Source: Heptranchias perlo (lineage: Eukaryota). From it: 64,000 nt of DNA. Location: assembly GCF_035084215.1 (NCBI RefSeq), contig NC_090334.1, forward strand, positions 71,982,001-72,046,000, given 5' to 3'. Below are positions 13,501 through 26,040 of this stretch, piece by piece (within the stretch, counting starts at the first letter, position 1; the number at the start of each line of letters is the position of its first letter). Under the pieces are notes generated by a model. That model saw only the letters and a program-made list of their open reading frames with translations, ran no database searches and had not been told where the DNA came from. Made by a program: the position numbers and the translations under genes.

Positions 13501-16500
13501 CAGCCCTCCACAATCCTCACGTGGCCATTTTAAAGTGATCTACACAGTCATTCAACCATGGGCAACATCACAGCCAAGCCCAATCCTGTATGCACCCAAA
13601 TTTCCCATGTATGCACTGTACAACAGGTTAATTGAATATTAATCTGGAATGGGATCCTTGGCTCCAGGAAAACTGAGACCTATCTCAGCACCCCTGATGA
13701 GATCAGCTAACAGCACAGATCAGAGATTGAACCTGCAACCTTCCTCAACTTCATGGTTCACTACTCACTGGGCCATCAGAGGAAGCTAGAGGAGTGTACT
13801 GATGTGTAAAACACTATGCTATGGGCTGAGAGGATGTGGGTTTGCTTTTACACAGTGAGTTCATGATTGTAAATGTGCCAGCACGGAGAGGAGCCAGGCA
13901 GAGTTCTTCAGGGAAGAAAATATTTTCTGTCTAGCTCCTTACCATGACCATAGAGTCTGTGGAGACTCAACTCAATCTGTTCTCACACCCCTCCTGATTA
14001 CTTGTTCTACAGCAATATTGGTAGAGGCTTGGGAGCAGGTTGTCTGCCTACCTGCCTGCCATCTTATTTGGGGAAGGCATGGAGAACAAAAATATGTAGG
14101 TTAGAGGTTATAGGGTTAAGCAGAAAATGTAGTTTAGAGGTAATAGAGTTAAGTAGAGAACATAAGAGATGGTATTTACCACTTACATCCTAGTAGTCTT
14201 CAAATTAAGCAGCAAGCTTTGCTATTCTCTTGCTGAGAATTGAATTTCAAATATAAAATCCAGGGCCAGTAACAAAGAATGTACAATTTCTTCATAGCCT
14301 ATCTGCATAAAAGTGTTTGTAGACTTGAAATCATAGCTATGAAATTGGATTGAATAAAGCATGTATGTTTTCAATACTTTTTACTAATTTGTAATTTTAT
14401 TTCAAAGATACAAACTTTAGCATTGTATAGTAATTCTAAAAGAAATGCAGATAAAGGGAGAGGAGAAGACGAGGAGTCATGGAACGTAGTTGTAGTTTGG
14501 AGTGATTCAGTTTAATAGCCTATTTCCTTGTACTCAGATGTACTCTTTCTATCTCTATGGTTAGAACTTATAATAACATATTAGGTACAGCACAGGAGGA
14601 GGCCATTCGGCCCATTATGCCTGTGCCGGCTTTTTGAAAGAGCTATCCAGTTAGTCCCATTCCCTTGCTCTTTCCCCATAGCCCTGTAAATTTTTTCCCT
14701 TCAAGAACTTATTCAATTCCCTTTTGAAAGTTACTATTGAATCTACTTCCACCACCCTTTCAGGCAGTGCATCCCAGATCATTACAACTCGCTGCGTAAA
14801 AAAATGTTTCCTCATGTCACCTCTGGTTCTTTTGCCAATCATCTTAAATCTGTGTCCTCTGGTTACTGACTCTTCTGCTACTGGAAACAGTTTCTCCTTA
14901 TTTACTCTATCAAAACTGTTCATGATTTTGAACACCTCTATCAAATTTCCCCTTAACCGTCTCTGTTCTAAGGAGAACAACCCCAGCTTCTCCAGTCTCT
15001 CCACATAACTGAAGTCCCTCATCCCTGGTATCATTCTAGTAAGTAGAGAAAAGTAAGAAACTGTACCAGTTGACTTGTTTGCATTTAACAAAATAACAAA
15101 CTGAATTTCCTTGAACCAGCCTATTCAGGACACTAAGAAACTTAATGGATATGCCCGTGGCCCACAATCAGTTGATGAATATAAGGTTTTCTTACATACA
15201 AGATGGTGATAGAGTTGGAAGAGAAACTTCAGAAATTTGCTCCATAGAGCTACCTAATTGCCATAGTCTGCAACCACAATGTGACAGTTGACATAGCAAA
15301 TTGAAATAATGAAATATTGACATAGCAATTTACAATGGTAAATGGTGACAGAGAAATTGTGACAACAGGAAGTAAGGCTTGTGAACAGGTATTGCGCACC
15401 GTACACAAGGTTTTTAATAATATGCTAGTCTGTCTCCCATGGAGTTACACATGGTGAGTCAAGACCAAGTGCAGTCTTCAGGTGAAGTGGGGTTGGAGGG
15501 TAGGGTTAATTGTACCAGGGCATGCAGACCTAATGCTCACCACATCTTAAAATCATACATATTGTTCTTATTTTTATATAGTACTTTTATTTGATAGTAT
15601 TATTTATAGTTAAGTAACAAAACTTATAGGAATTTGGGAAGCAAAGAAGTAGAGATAGGTGAAGCGTAGGAGTTTCTCTGCAGTACATGCTGAAGAGCTA
15701 GGACTTGCAAAACTGCAGCGCCACAACTGGCAGAAGGATATAATTACAACATGATACATTTACATAAGCATGTTCCACTATAAATGTGGACATAGGAATT
15801 TACAATGGGAATAGTTGACACAAAAGTGTGACAAAACTGTGACAACAGGAAGTTCGGTTTTGTAGACAGGAACTGTGTGCAGACATAAGATTTTGAAGTT
15901 GCAGCGTATGTGAAATGAATAGCATTACAGGATCACCCAGTATGGAGTAAAGAAGCTGTGTTGCATTTGCACCTTCTAGTTTATAGCTGACGCAGTAGAT
16001 TATTCCTATCTTACACTGGGACTATCCAACATGTGATTGACTGCTGCTTTACATTAGCACTAACTATACCATAGCTGACATCATGGCCTAGAAATTTGAT
16101 GATGCTGTGCCCGTTTTTCATTCTGAGTCGGAAGTGCACCACCCACCACATTGATATAGGCATCAAAAGAGGTGTCCAGGGCCCGTGCCTGAAACAGGCA
16201 TTAATTTCTCTGCATATGCAAATATGGGTCGTAACGCCTGTTTGAGGCTCCCTTTGTAAAATTGGGCTGCCCTGAACACAGCCAGCACTGGGGTGGAAAA
16301 CGCGGTCTACATACATGTGTGTTTCCTGCGATTTTCTGTCCATTTAAATCAGTGGATGGAAAATTGCAGCAGGCAGCACACCACAATTTTCTGATATCAG
16401 ATGGCACATGCAAGGCTCCAAAGTGCCATGGAGCCTCACAACATTTACCCTTATTTTTTTAAAGTGTCCATCAGAAACCTGGCAGTCAAATTTTTGCCTG

Positions 16501-19500
16501 TTTTGAAGATAACCCCATTGGTATTAATTCTGTCCATTAGTTGACTTGTCAGAAGAGCCAAGTGTGCATTTGGATATATGCTGGCTAAAAGTGACTGAGG
16601 ACTACATCTGTACCCAACCTCTGAGGACCAGATCGACAACCTACACCGAGTGTTGCTGCTTGAGTGGAGAAGCCTGGGGCCTGCAGTGTGCCCTCTGTCC
16701 CTCCAAAACATCAGGTAAGATATTAATTATTCAATACCCATATTGGATGTAAAGCCAAATAAACACTAAGGGGTAGATGTTGACTTTGTGCTATAGAGCA
16801 AAATGGGTGATAGCAAGTCGGCAGCCTGTTCTACATCTCTTCCACTTTTTATTAGTCCCCCAAGGATCTATCCTTGGCCCCCTCCTATTTCTCATCTACA
16901 TGCCGCCCCTCGGCGACACCATCCGAAAACATAATGTCAGGTTCCACAACGACACCCAGCTCTACCTCACCACCACCTCTCTCGAACCATACACTGTCCC
17001 TTATTTGTCACGCTGCTTGTCCAACATCCAGTACTGGATGAGCAGAAATTTCCTCCAACTAAATATAGGGAAGACCGAAACTATTGTCTTCTGTCTCCAG
17101 CACAAACTCCGTTCCCTAGCCACCGACTCCATTCCTCTCCCTGGCCACTGTCTGAGGCTGAACCAGACAGATTGCACCCTTGGTGTGCTGTTTGACTCTG
17201 ACATGAGCTTCCGACCACATATCCGCTGCATCACCAAGACAGCCTACTTCCACCTCTGTAACATTGCTCGTCGCCGCCCCTGCTTCAACTCATCTGCTGC
17301 TGAAAGCCTCATCCATGCCTTTGTTACCTCTAGACTCGACTATTCCAATGCTCTCCTGGCCAGCCTCCCATCTTCCACCCTCCATAAACTTGAGCTCATC
17401 CAAAACTCTGGAGCCCGTATCCTAACTTGCACCAAGTCCCGTTCACCTGTCACCCCTGTGCTCGCTGACCTACATTGGCTCCAAGTCCGGCAACACCTCG
17501 ATTTTAAAATTCTCATCCTTATTTTCAAATCCCACCATGGCCTCATTCCTCCCTATCTCTGTAACCTCCTCCAGCCCAACTACTCTCTGTGATCTCTGCG
17601 ATCCTCTGATTCTGGCCTCTGGCATCCCTGATTTTCTTCGCTCCACCAATAGCGATCCTGCCTTCAGCTGCCTAGGCCCTAAGCTCTGGAATTCCCTCCC
17701 GAGGCCTCTCCACTTCTATAACTCTCTGTCCTCCTTTAAGACGCTCCTTAAAACCTACTTCTTTGACCAAGCTTTTGGTCACCTGTCCTAACATCTCCTT
17801 ATGTGGCTTGGTATCATATTTTGTTTGATAACGCTCCTGTGAATCATAGAAACATATAAAATTTACGGCACAGAAGGAGGCCATTCGGCCCATGGTGTCT
17901 GTGCCGGCCAAAAATGAGCCGCCTAGTCTAATCCCACTTTCCAGCACTTGGTCCGTAGCCTTTGGGACGTTTTACTACTTTAAAGGCGCTATATAAATGC
18001 AAGTTGTTGTTGTTATTACCATTGAAATCAATGTACACCACTGCTTCAATACACTCACCACCATCTTACCTGCTCCTTTAATCCCTGGTCTCCATCACCA
18101 GAAATATGTGAGGAACCTGTTAAATGACACATACACATAAAAAAGAATGGAATTAAAAACTAGTCAGCAGCTGGCACTGTGGTATTACAACACCAAATAC
18201 AACGTGTGGTCATAGAGTGCAAGTTTGATCTCTCTCTGCTATGGGCAATCACACACCAGGGAGTGAGGCAAAATTAGAGAGACGTTGACGCTGAGGGAAG
18301 TTCCTGCCTGGGCGAGAAGTCGGTGGCAAGCGATTGAAAATCGCAGGCCCAGGTAAGAAAGGTAGGTGGCAGGTTCGGCTTTTGTGGCCGTCTCGGGGGT
18401 TGTCGCAATCGATGGGGGGTGGGGTAATTCTGTGGCAGGGGAGGCCTAAGCTTTTCCTAAGGGACAGCAGCTTCCCCGCTCAGGCCAGCAGTTAAAATTA
18501 CAGTCTGATCTCAATGACATCATCGGAACCCAACATGCCGTGTAAAGAAGGACCCCGCTGACCTTGGACGGGTGTCCTACTGCCTGCTCAGTAGAGCAGG
18601 TTAAAATTCGGAACCATAAGTTCCTAGCGACTTTCTAGCAAGTAAGAAAGCAGGGCGATTTTAACTATCCACACGTCCAGTTTCCACCAGGCGGGTAGAG
18701 TTAAATACCTCTCTTTCTGTCTGCCTTTCTCTTTGTGTGCCTCTTTCTGTCTTTCTATATCTCACAGGTATCAGTAATTAGGATGTTTACATTTCTATCT
18801 ATCCACAAAACACAGGGATAATTTGTGTTCTACTTTCTGTTGTCTTTCAAAATTCAACACATTTATTTTTTTAAAAGACAAATCTCTCTTTTTCTCCCTT
18901 TACTGTCTCTATCTCTCTATTTCTCTTTCTCAATCTCACAGGTGTCGGTAATTAGAATTTTTACATTTTCTAAAGCTCAACCAAACACAGATAATAATTA
19001 GTGACTTTCTGTTTGCTTTCATTAATCAACTGATTTATGTTTTTAATAAAGAACTCCAAGTAGGATGACAATTGGAAATAATGTTTGCGGAAGGAAGTGC
19101 ATGCCTACACAAGATTTATATATCACGAGTTTGCCTAAATGTAATGCCGAGTAATATACGTCCTAGGTCATCTATTAACTTAAAGTGAGACTCACAAAAG
19201 TTAAACAATTGCCAGATGCATTTTATATCAACGTTATAATGGGACAGCATATTGGAGCTAACAAAGTTTGACAACCAAGCAGCCCCAGCACCAGACTGCT
19301 TGTGATATTAGAGTAGAAAAGTTGAATGCCTTTTTGCTTGCTTACTTGTTTATTTGTTTATTTACTGGTTTTCTTTCTGTATCTTTACAGATGATTTTGC
19401 ATATCTTTGTAACAGTCCTAGGATACCTGGTGATGGATCAACTGGGCTCCGTGATAGACCTGGCTATGAATATGGCCCAGAAACACAATACTATGGTCAG

Positions 19501-22500
19501 GATTTCGAACCTGGAATGGGATCCTATGACAATTATCTTCAGCCTGAGCATGGACCCTATGATTCTCAGCATGGGCTAGAATATGGACTGGGAGATCCCT
19601 ATCTTGGACCAAGTTATGGACAGAGAGATCCCCAACCTGACTCAAGATATGAACTGAGAGATCCTCATCTTACTCCTCAATATGGTCTGACAGACCCCCA
19701 GCATGGTGAAGCATATGGATCGAGAAATCCACAACGTAGGCCTGAGTATAGTTCGAGAGGACATTCACGCTTTCAACAGTACCGTCCTCGAGAGCCTGGG
19801 AGCATCCCATTGTTTAGTAGCAGTGACAATGGTAAGCAGTGATTCAGGATTACAATTTACGTTTTATTACAATTAGACTTTTTCCAGTGAATTAGTGGGA
19901 TGAAAATATATATTATAACATCTGCCTTATGCACAAAGGACATGTGTGACTTTCACCCAAATGGCAAAAAATAGCTCAAAGTTGTAGTTCTAGATTTGTA
20001 GGTCATGAAAACCTGTGTGAAGGTGCAATTTTATAGTGCATGATTATTTTAGTAATGCAGCGCTCCTTTGTGACTTTAGAAGACATGAACTTGACCTTAC
20101 ATGAAGGCATGAGTCATGCCTTTAGTGATCTGGCTTTGTGTCAGCTACATAAGATAAGTACAGTTGAATTGGTGAAATGATTGCTTTCTAATATCTGTCC
20201 TAATGATGAATTTGCTGTAGCAAAGTCTTTTTATTCCTCATCAGAAATGTCTCTTATTGGTTCTGCTAATTTATTGTAGACGTATCATTGGTGGTCGCAG
20301 TGCCAGCAGGACTGCATTGCACAGTGCACAATAAGTGTATAGAGATGACATTGTTTAAACTCTGTCATAGCAACTTATGTAAATAATTTGAATATGCCCC
20401 CTATGCACAATGCCCAGTGCAAGGGGTGAACTGATGTGTGGGCAGGATATCCAGAAAATGTTAAAAGGCTTAAAATAGTTTTGAAATATTTGTCGGCTTT
20501 TCAAAAGGCTGCATGAGGGAATGAAGTGCCAATCCAAAGGCTAGGGAAAACAAACCTAATGTGGAGATATAAAACATTCTGTGGGTAAGTGCTGTAGCAG
20601 CACTGCCCTGACATCCTGTCTGAAAGGTGGTGAAGTGAATGTGCTGCTGCACAAGTTGGATGCAAGGAAGGTTGCTGTGTTTAGCATTCCATTTATTTGC
20701 TATTGTTTGCTAGGGAAACACTTTCATCACTTTCCCCATGGAAAGGAGGCAGCACCATGAGTGGGCACATCACTTTTAACAGGTGGCAAGTTTCCCAAAA
20801 GTGCAAGGAATCTTTGATGGTAAACATGGGCCATCCAGGACCATAAAAACAACCATTTAATTCCATGAATGTATAGGTCTCAGACCACAAGAACTGAATT
20901 GTGCACAATACCCTAATAACAGTCATGAGGTCTTCCTGCCTGCTACCCTGGCCCTTCCCAGAACTGATAATATGATGGCAGGCATCTAGTGTGTTTCAAC
21001 GCATCAGGTAACTGCTCCTGAAAAATTGGGCACTGAGGTCTGATGTGTACAATGTGCCTGAGGTGCTTAACCCACTTCAATGTGAGCATAAGCACGAAGG
21101 GAGCTGGGAGTCTGTGCTCAAGCTATAAACTATGCTAATGAGGCCACAACTTTAATGTAAATCAGGTGATTGCCCCATAATATGGCTGCAGTGCCATATT
21201 GGCACTGAAGGGCAGCTGCCATTCATTATTAGCAAAAATAAATTCAGGGGGAGGCGATAGGGAGTGGGGAGAGGCGATCGGGAGAGGGGCGAGGCGATCG
21301 GGAGAGGGGCGAGGCGATCGGGAGAGGGGCGAGGCGATCGGGAGAGGGGCGAGGCGATCGGGAGAGGGGGAGAGGCGATCGGGAGAGGGGCGAGGCGATC
21401 GGGAGAGGGGGAGAGGCGATCGGGAGAGGGGCGAGGCGATCGGGAGAGGGGGAGAGGCGATCGGGGGGGAGAGGCGATCGGGAGAGGGGCGAGGCGATCG
21501 GGAGAGGGGCGAGGCGATCGGGAGAGGGGCGAGGCGATCGGGAGAGGCGATCGGGGGGGAGAGGCGATCGGGGGAGGGGGACGATCGGGAGAGGGATGCG
21601 ATCGGGAGACGGGAGTGGAGGGGCGATTGGGGAGGGAGACGATTGGGAGAGGGATGCGATCGGGAGACGGGAGAGGAGGGGCGATTGGGGAGGGAGACGA
21701 TCGGGAGAGGGATGCGATCGGGAGACGGGAGAGGAGGGGCGATTGGGGAGGGAGACGATCGGGAGGTGGGAGGCGATCGGGAGGAGAGAGGCGATCGGGA
21801 GGTGGGAGGCGATCAGGAGGGTGAGGTGATTGGGAAAGGGGGCACAAAGGGAGCTGGGAGTCTGTGCTCTACAAGGGAGGGAAGTGATCAGGAGGGGACC
21901 GAGCGAGCCCTCAAGGTCTTTGGGACTGCTGTGGAAACAGGAAAGGTTTTTTTTTAAAAAAACGTACTACCTTTTGTTGGCGGCCAGGTGGCTGCTGAAG
22001 AATCCTGAATGATGTAGGCCCAATGCCTGCCCTGCTTATCAGTGATGAATGTTAAAAATGGGTTCTTTAACAGGCTTTAGGCTCCTAACTTACCTATTCA
22101 AGGGACAATCGCCTGTTTTTGGCATCTGCCTGGGATGCTTAAAAAATGCATTTAGCAGTGGGACCAACTCCTGCTTAATTGGCATACTTTGAAAAACAGG
22201 CACAACGCACACCAATTTCCTACCCACCAAGTTCTTTGCTGAATAATTTAAATAATTTTGATGTAATTCATTCTTTCTACCACCAGATGTCACTTTCTAT
22301 ATTTGTAACTACTATTTTACACAACACAGTTAGATGCTTTGAGAAGAAATAAATTAATTTAAAGAGGTATTCTGATATAATAGATATACTTAAAATTAAT
22401 GCTGCATTTTTGTCTGATTCAATACTATCTGCACACTTTGGTCTGAGTGTGTCAAGGAGGGAACGTTCTATGGAAAATGTCCAGAATTATTTTCAACCTT

Positions 22501-25500
22501 TTTATCACCATTCTTTCTAAGGACATTATATTCAAGACACTTCTTATTTTGTTGCTAAATATTTCCATATTTCCCATTGTTATGCCTGCCAGGGAAGGAC
22601 AAGTCATTTATTCATTTATCCATTTGGTGGAAAAATATTTGATTATGTATAAAACATCTCATAAGAGGAACATTTTCTGTGCCAATTGGTAAAACATGAT
22701 TCTAATATAGATGCTGGAAAGGGAGAAAGTCAAAACCATAATGATCTATTTATGTGGGAAAATCGAGAGCACAATACAGATGGGAAGGAGCTTCGGGGTG
22801 TGAAGTACTTAAACAAGATGAATAATGAGGTGTTCAGGATGAGGAAGGAGACAGCAGATGACTACAGAGGAAGTGACAACCATAGAGCTATGAGACAGTT
22901 GCCTCAAACAGACAGCAGAGGTTAAGTGACAATGAGAACAAAAACAGCCGATCTATAGAACACGCAATTGTAATTGTAAAATTGAAGTCAATAGGAATCA
23001 GGGGGAAAACTCTCCAATGGCTGGAGTCATACCTCGCACAAAGGAAGATGGTAGTGGTTGTTGGAGGCAATCATCTCCACCCCAGGACATTGCTGCAGGA
23101 GTTCCTCAGGGCAGTGTTCTAGGCCCAACCATCTTCAGCTGCTTCATCAATGACCTTCCCTCCATCATAAGATCAGAAATGGGGATATTGGCTGATGATT
23201 GCACAGTGTTCAGTTCTATTTCCAACCCCTCAGATAATGAAGCAGTCCGAGCCCGAGTGCAGCAAGACCTGGACAACAGCCAGGCTTGGGCTGATAAGTG
23301 GCAAATAACATTCGCACCAGCAAGTGCCAGGCAATGACCATCTCCAACAAGAAAGAGTCTAATCACCTCCCCTTGACATTCAACGGCATTATCATCACCG
23401 AATCCCCCACCATTAACATCCTGGGGGTCACCATTGACCATAAACTTAACTGGACCAGCCACATAAATACTGTGGCGACAAGAGCAGGTCAGAGGCTGGG
23501 TATTCTGCGGCGAGTGACTCACCTCCTGACTCCCCAAAGCCGTTCCACCATCTACAAGGCACAAGTCAGGAGTGTGATGGAATACTCTCCACTTGCCTGG
23601 ATGAGTGCAGTTCCAACAACACTCAAGAAGCTCGACATTGTCCAGGACAAAGCAGCCCGCTTGATTGGTACCCCGTCCACCACACTAAACATTCATTCCC
23701 TTCACCACCAGCGCACCGTAGCTGCAGCGTGTACCATCTACAGGATGCACTGCAGCAACTCGCCAAGGCTTCTTTGACAGCACCTCCCACTTAGAAGGAC
23801 AAGCGCAGCAGGCATATGGGAACAACACCACCTGCACGTTCCCCTCCAAGTCACACACCATCCCGACTTGGAAATATATCGCTGTTCCTTCATTATTGCT
23901 GGGTCAAAATCCTGGAACTCCCTTCCTAACAGCAATGTGGGAGAACCTTCACCACACGGACTGCAGCGATTCAAGAAGGCGGCTCACCACCACCTTCTCA
24001 AGGGCAAGTGAGGATGGGCAATAAATGCTGGCCTTGCCAGCGACGCCCACATTCCATGAACAAATAAATCTGTTAATACTTCATTTCAAATATTTTACAG
24101 ATTTTTTAACATAACAGGCCCTTGTCATATCCATCACAGTGGGTGAATGTCCATAACCCTTGGTGTCAGTGTGATGCATTGGCAAAATTCAGTATTAGAG
24201 TTGGATGGCAGGGCAGAACTCAGTGGGAGCTGGGAGTAGGTTCAAAGATGGTATTGTCTAATCTTACTAGGAATGCCTGAAGCTTTTCTAGTTCTATGTT
24301 CTTTTGATTGTATTTTCCCAGATCGTTACAGTAGCTTTGAAGGCTTACAAGCAGAAGAGTGCGGAATTCTGAATGGCTGTGAAAATGGGCGATGTGTTCG
24401 AGTGCGGGAAGGATACACCTGCGATTGTTTTGATGGGTTTGAACTTGATATGGCTAAAATGACTTGTGTAGGTGAGTGAACTCTTGCTTTAGAGTAATCT
24501 ATTTTCCCACTTCCCTTTTTTGCTCACACTGCTACCTCTGACCACCGACCATTCTCCTTCATTTGGAAGTGTGGGCTACAGACTTCTCTGTGGCTTTTAT
24601 CAGTTCTGCTTTCTGATCGATCATCAAATGCATTTCTGCTGAATAGAGCTGGTCCTCTCATTGGTACCATTGTTGACACGGCCCCCCCCACCGCCCCAAG
24701 GTTGGAGTGCTGTTTTCTTCAGGTGACGGTTCCCTTGCAGAAGGTGACAATCTGAACAAAAAGAAACCAGGCTGATTAAGAGGCTGTTGTACTGAGCTAA
24801 TGGGGCCCAAGAAAATAAGAAAGCTTTTGGCGGTACATGGCCAAAAATGTTTGTAAACCTATGTTCTAACACTGCTGCGCATCTCCATTTTTATAGTTGA
24901 CCTGAGAGTAAACCCTAATTCGCTGCCTGGATTGGATTTTAACCCATAGCCCTTCCGTCAAAGGACCAAGATCTATCTCACTGCATCACCTAGCAAATTA
25001 ATTATTGAAAACAAATACAGTGCTAGTTGATCTCAGCATGGGGCTGGTAGGGCATTGGGAATTGACCTCAGCACCCCTAGATTAGAGAGGGGTCAGGGTT
25101 GTCTCCTGATCGTGTATAGGCATGAGTTGAGGATAAGATCAAGCTTGACCTGTAAGGTTCTTGCAGTCAAATAGCAGCCAACACTCTCTTCAAGGATCCA
25201 CACCCCAGCAAGTAGTCAGTGCTTCAGGAGGTAAAGGGAGAAAATTGGTGAAAAATTAAAACAAATGCATTCCATAAAAAAGCCACTTCCTGTAACTAAA
25301 ACCTTATAGCCAACTGTATAAAACATTTTCTCAATGAGTTGAAATGATTGTATTTATCCTCTTTACTGCATTTCAGATATTAATGAATGTGAGGATCTGA
25401 GTGACAGGATACCACTCTGCAGGAATGCAAACTGTGAGAACACAGAGGGATCATATAAATGCATCTGTTTACCAGGCTACATACTTTCCCAGAATCCTAA

Positions 25501-25537
25501 TGACTGTATACCGGAAACAGAAGTAGGATATCAGTAG
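4321..25537 (+). CDS. LTBP2: Latent TGF-beta binding protein 2, 3' portion (8 coding exons: 4321-4533, 10777-10863, 12416-12544, 13225-13365, 16541-16714, 19391-19831, 24322-24471, 25377-25537); 5' part lies outside the window
   Basis: All introns are GT-AG and phase 1, and the exons join in frame to TB3-cbEGF-cbEGF-TB4-linker-EGF-cbEGF-stop. LTBP2-diagnostic strings: [68 protein letters not shown]. Neighbouring NPC2 matches the human LTBP2 neighbourhood. Confidence 0.88.
5341..7643 (+). mobile_element. CR1 3' tail (5341-5492) followed by a long 5'-truncated CR1 ORF2 with frameshifts and stops
   Basis: [50 protein letters not shown]; terminal short tandem repeat. Confidence 0.92.
10485..10602. 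mobile_element. Tiny Penelope-derived insertion with a perfect 41-bp inverted repeat and 12-bp flanking direct repeat
   Basis: Arms 10515-10555 and 10562-10602; ttaatgtgaaag at 10473-10484 and 10601-10612; arm sequence matches the ends of the elements at 1 and 42267. Confidence 0.8.
10777..10863 (+). CDS. LTBP2: LTBP2 exon: end of TB3
   Basis: ttcag|ATGAA...GGAG|gtgagt; encodes [29 protein letters not shown]. Confidence 0.92.
11521..12130 (+). mobile_element. CR1 LINE 3' fragment
   Basis: [18 protein letters not shown]...FFTQRVV; (ttctatga)n tail. Confidence 0.9.
12416..12544 (+). CDS. LTBP2: LTBP2 exon: calcium-binding EGF domain
   Basis: tgtag|ATGCA...ATTG|gtaagt; encodes [43 protein letters not shown] (not in the ORF track). 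Confidence 0.93.
12762..12903. mobile_element. Imperfect palindromic MITE-like element
   Basis: gggaagcagcgctcac..gagagca / tgctccgtgagggttgctccc arms; similar central core at ~16330 and ~28735. Confidence 0.45.
13225..13365 (+). CDS. LTBP2: LTBP2 exon: calcium-binding EGF domain
   Basis: tttag|AAATT...GGGG|gtaaat; encodes [47 protein letters not shown]. Confidence 0.92.
14575..15040 (-). mobile_element. CR1 LINE 3' fragment
   Basis: ORF 14651-15091: [31 protein letters not shown]. Confidence 0.9.
16541..16714 (+). CDS. LTBP2: LTBP2 exon: TB4 domain
   Basis: attag|TTGAC...TCAG|gtaaga; encodes [57 protein letters not shown]. Confidence 0.92.
16855..18015 (+). mobile_element. L2 LINE 3' part, with a nested reverse CR1 tail (~17842-17960)
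   Basis: [38 protein letters not shown] motifs; tail ggcgctatataaatgcaagttgttgttgtt. Confidence 0.88.
19391..19831 (+). CDS. LTBP2: LTBP2 exon: end of TB4 plus long Tyr/Pro/Gly-rich linker with 11-aa repeats
   Basis: tacag|ATGAT...AATG|gtaagc; 441 bp open frame [11 protein letters not shown]...RPGYEYGP...SSSDN. Confidence 0.9.
21255..21830. repeat. G-rich minisatellite, unit about GGGAGAGGGGCGAGGCGATC (20-21 bp), degenerating 3' into longer variants
   Basis: Direct tandem periodicity; explains the overlapping low-complexity ORFs. Confidence 0.95.
22978..24068 (+). mobile_element. Non-LTR retrotransposon (CR1/L2 superfamily, distinct from the main CR1 family), 5'-truncated
   Basis: [51 protein letters not shown]; tail gggcaataaatgctggcc..gcc. 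Confidence 0.88.
24322..24471 (+). CDS. LTBP2: LTBP2 exon: penultimate EGF domain
   Basis: cccag|ATCGT...GTAG|gtgagt; encodes [50 protein letters not shown]. Confidence 0.95.
25377..25537 (+). CDS. LTBP2: LTBP2 last coding exon: terminal cbEGF and stop
   Basis: ttcag|ATATT...CAG TAG; encodes [53 protein letters not shown]. Confidence 0.93.
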
Positions 25538-26034
25538 GAATCTGAACACTGTCGCCTGGGAAGGGATGAGGAAGCACTTGGTGATTTTTTTTAAGGAAAA
25601 AGCATGTTTATTTTACTTGGGATTATCAATTTTGTTATATAAATGAGAGTAAGTGTTCAATGACACACTAGGACTCTACAAATCCACTAGTCCAACATCT
25701 ATATCTATAATTTATGTCTATGACTTTAAAAAATGCTTGATTGAAGTATTACATTTGAAAACAAATACAGAGGCAATGCAAAGTGCAAGTAGCATACAAT
25801 GGGTTGAGATTAATAAGACTGTGTGAAGGCGCTATGTTACTTGTAGACACCCTGAGTGGCTTTGAAATAATTGGCATCAAGATAGTGATGAATATCTGAA
25901 TCTTCATCTGCTTAAGCAAAAGATTAAAATAAGTAAATTATTGCTTATTGCACATTGCTATGAAGTATTTGTTGTTTTAAACAGGAAGAAATAATAGTAA
26001 GAACAGGTAGTGCTCACATGCTTACTGTTTTTAA

Positions 26035-26040
26035 AATAAA
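26035..26040 (+). terminator. Candidate proximal polyadenylation signal for LTBP2
   Basis: AATAAA about 500 nt after the stop codon, followed by a U/GU-rich stretch. Confidence 0.4.

Noticed and set aside
16777-17592. 271-aa ORF directly after an LTBP2 exon
   Set aside because: It is an L2 reverse transcriptase remnant with a damaged YADD motif, intronic and not part of LTBP2.
21152-21957. Overlapping 186-252 aa ORFs rich in R/G/E or P/S
   Set aside because: They are translations of the G-rich minisatellite, open in several frames on both strands, with no splice or domain evidence.
4321-25537. Calling the gene LTBP1 or LTBP4 because of the LTBP1-like TB3 or the Tyr-rich linker
   Set aside because: [33 protein letters not shown] and adjacency to NPC2 favour LTBP2. 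A phylogeny is still needed for certainty.
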